Source of the DNA: a virus
Reading direction: 5' to 3' (one strand)
IMG/VR virus record: IMGVR_UViG_3300030109_004085
Location: 1 to 64,000 of that record
Length of the DNA stretch: 64,000 nt
The stretch's first letter is position 1; each line of letters opens with the position of its first letter. This document shows positions 63,240-64,000 of this stretch, piece by piece. The notes beneath the pieces are model-generated. The model searched no databases. It was not told where the DNA came from and saw only the letters and a program-made list of their open reading frames with translations. Position numbers and translations under genes: made by a program.

Positions 63240-63989
63240 TTATGGGGTAGCTGTATACTCGGAGCCGTTAAGTATGACTTTATAAAGTCTGTAAGTTTCC
63301 TCTGATGCGGAACCAGCAAAGAATGATATTCCGATCGACACAGCGCCTCCTCCCGCATCCCACTGTTTGTCGGTGTCGGACCAACTTGGAGTTGCCGCCG
63401 TACCGCCTTCGCGGAACGAAACTGTCTGGCTGACGCGCTTTAGACCGACCCACCTTGCTGTAGTTCTAGACACATTCTGAGTTCCGTTGTGTGTAAGTCC
63501 ACCGGATGCCCAGGCGCCTATCCCATAGTATTTAGCGTTGGCTGCGTTCCATCTTCCATATCTATGTCCCAGCCAGTGAGCTTCACCCGTCGCATTGCCG
63601 CCGCCAGCCATCAAAGCTATCTCTGTGTTTACATTCTCGGCACTTGCACCTTGGTCAACATATATGGATAGATCAAAATCACCCATAAGAAGGTTAGGGT
63701 ATATAATACGTCCATTGGTTAAGATGCCATTGCCATTAGAAGGTGTTGAGGTGCCTCCGTCTCCCTGATCGAATTTGACATTAAATGTAGTGCCATCATC
63801 CACCATAGCATTAAAAACTCCATTTGGATCTTTAACAGTCCATCCACTTAGCATCCCGGCGTCTAGCGTAGCTCCATCTGCGATACTCGACGGGGTTCCA
63901 GCTGCAGGAACCTTGGTCTGAGCAACAGCTGTGACATTACTGCCGCCGGACTGTAATAACCAAATACCATTCTCTAATACTAATGCCAT
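63240..63989 (-). CDS. beta-rich hypothetical protein, possibly lectin-like virion protein
   Basis: Gly/Thr/Trp-rich beta pattern; located in head module. Confidence 0.5.
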   Translation of the reverse strand: MALVLENGIWLLQSGGSNVTAVAQTKVPAAGTPSSIADGATLDAGMLSGWTVKDPNGVFNAMVDDGTTFNVKFDQGDGGTSTPSNGNGILTNGRIIYPNLLMGDFDLSIYVDQGASAENVNTEIALMAGGGNATGEAHWLGHRYGRWNAANAKYYGIGAWASGGLTHNGTQNVSRTTARWVGLKRVSQTVSFREGGTAATPSWSDTDKQWDAGGGAVSIGISFFAGSASEETYRLYKVILNGSEYTATP

Positions 63990-64000
63990 CTTATAATACC

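Noticed and set aside
1490-63671. The many plus-strand ORFs in the track
   Set aside because: All are antisense to well-supported minus-strand genes or tRNAs, lack RBS and motifs, and are Ser-rich shadows of acidic proteins
1-64000. Stop-codon reassignment
   Set aside because: Conserved genes are full length in the standard code, TAA/TAG/TGA all end genes, and no suppressor tRNA is seen

Overview
This is a 64-kb segment of a large, apparently uncharacterised myovirus (T4-like capsid and contractile tail) with essentially all genes on the minus strand. Left to right it holds: (1) a tRNA cluster (Arg-TCT partial, two Asn-GTT, Ile-TAT, Leu-CAA, Lys-TTT) with a deaminase and a free-standing PD-(D/E)xK endonuclease; (2) an accessory region (Dam, NUDIX, PMM, cupin, lipoproteins, GroEL, ClpP, a stand-alone sigma-region-4 protein); (3) nucleotide-metabolism and replication genes (GuaB, ThyX, a second ClpP, Dut, PurA, DnaE, GroES, IscA, NrdJ, helicase, 5'-3' exonuclease, RecA, SSB, a divergent tubulin/FtsZ, MazG-like, a compact PolA); (4) a morphogenesis block (baseplate, tape measure, tail chaperone, tube, sheath, neck, major capsid, scaffold). 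Two promoter classes are visible: sigma70-type TTGACA-N16/17-TAnnnT, and a recurrent (A)CTA[T/A/C]TTA motif in front of structural genes. The best candidate for an undescribed system is a dispersed set of genes that share this late motif, N-terminal capsid-targeting-like peptides and (L/I)xE protease-like sites, and carry enzyme cargo (GNAT-like plus nucleotidyltransferase polyprotein, PcfJ-like, PD-(D/E)xK-like), suggesting a packaged and injected effector arsenal. Other highlights are a duplicated covarying RNA hairpin around a histone-H1-like gene, a probable +1/-2 frameshift in the tail chaperone, a DDDDSA-repeat micro-lipoprotein, a thumbless PolA beside DnaE, and two atypical tRNAs. All calls come from reading motifs by eye; no searches were run.
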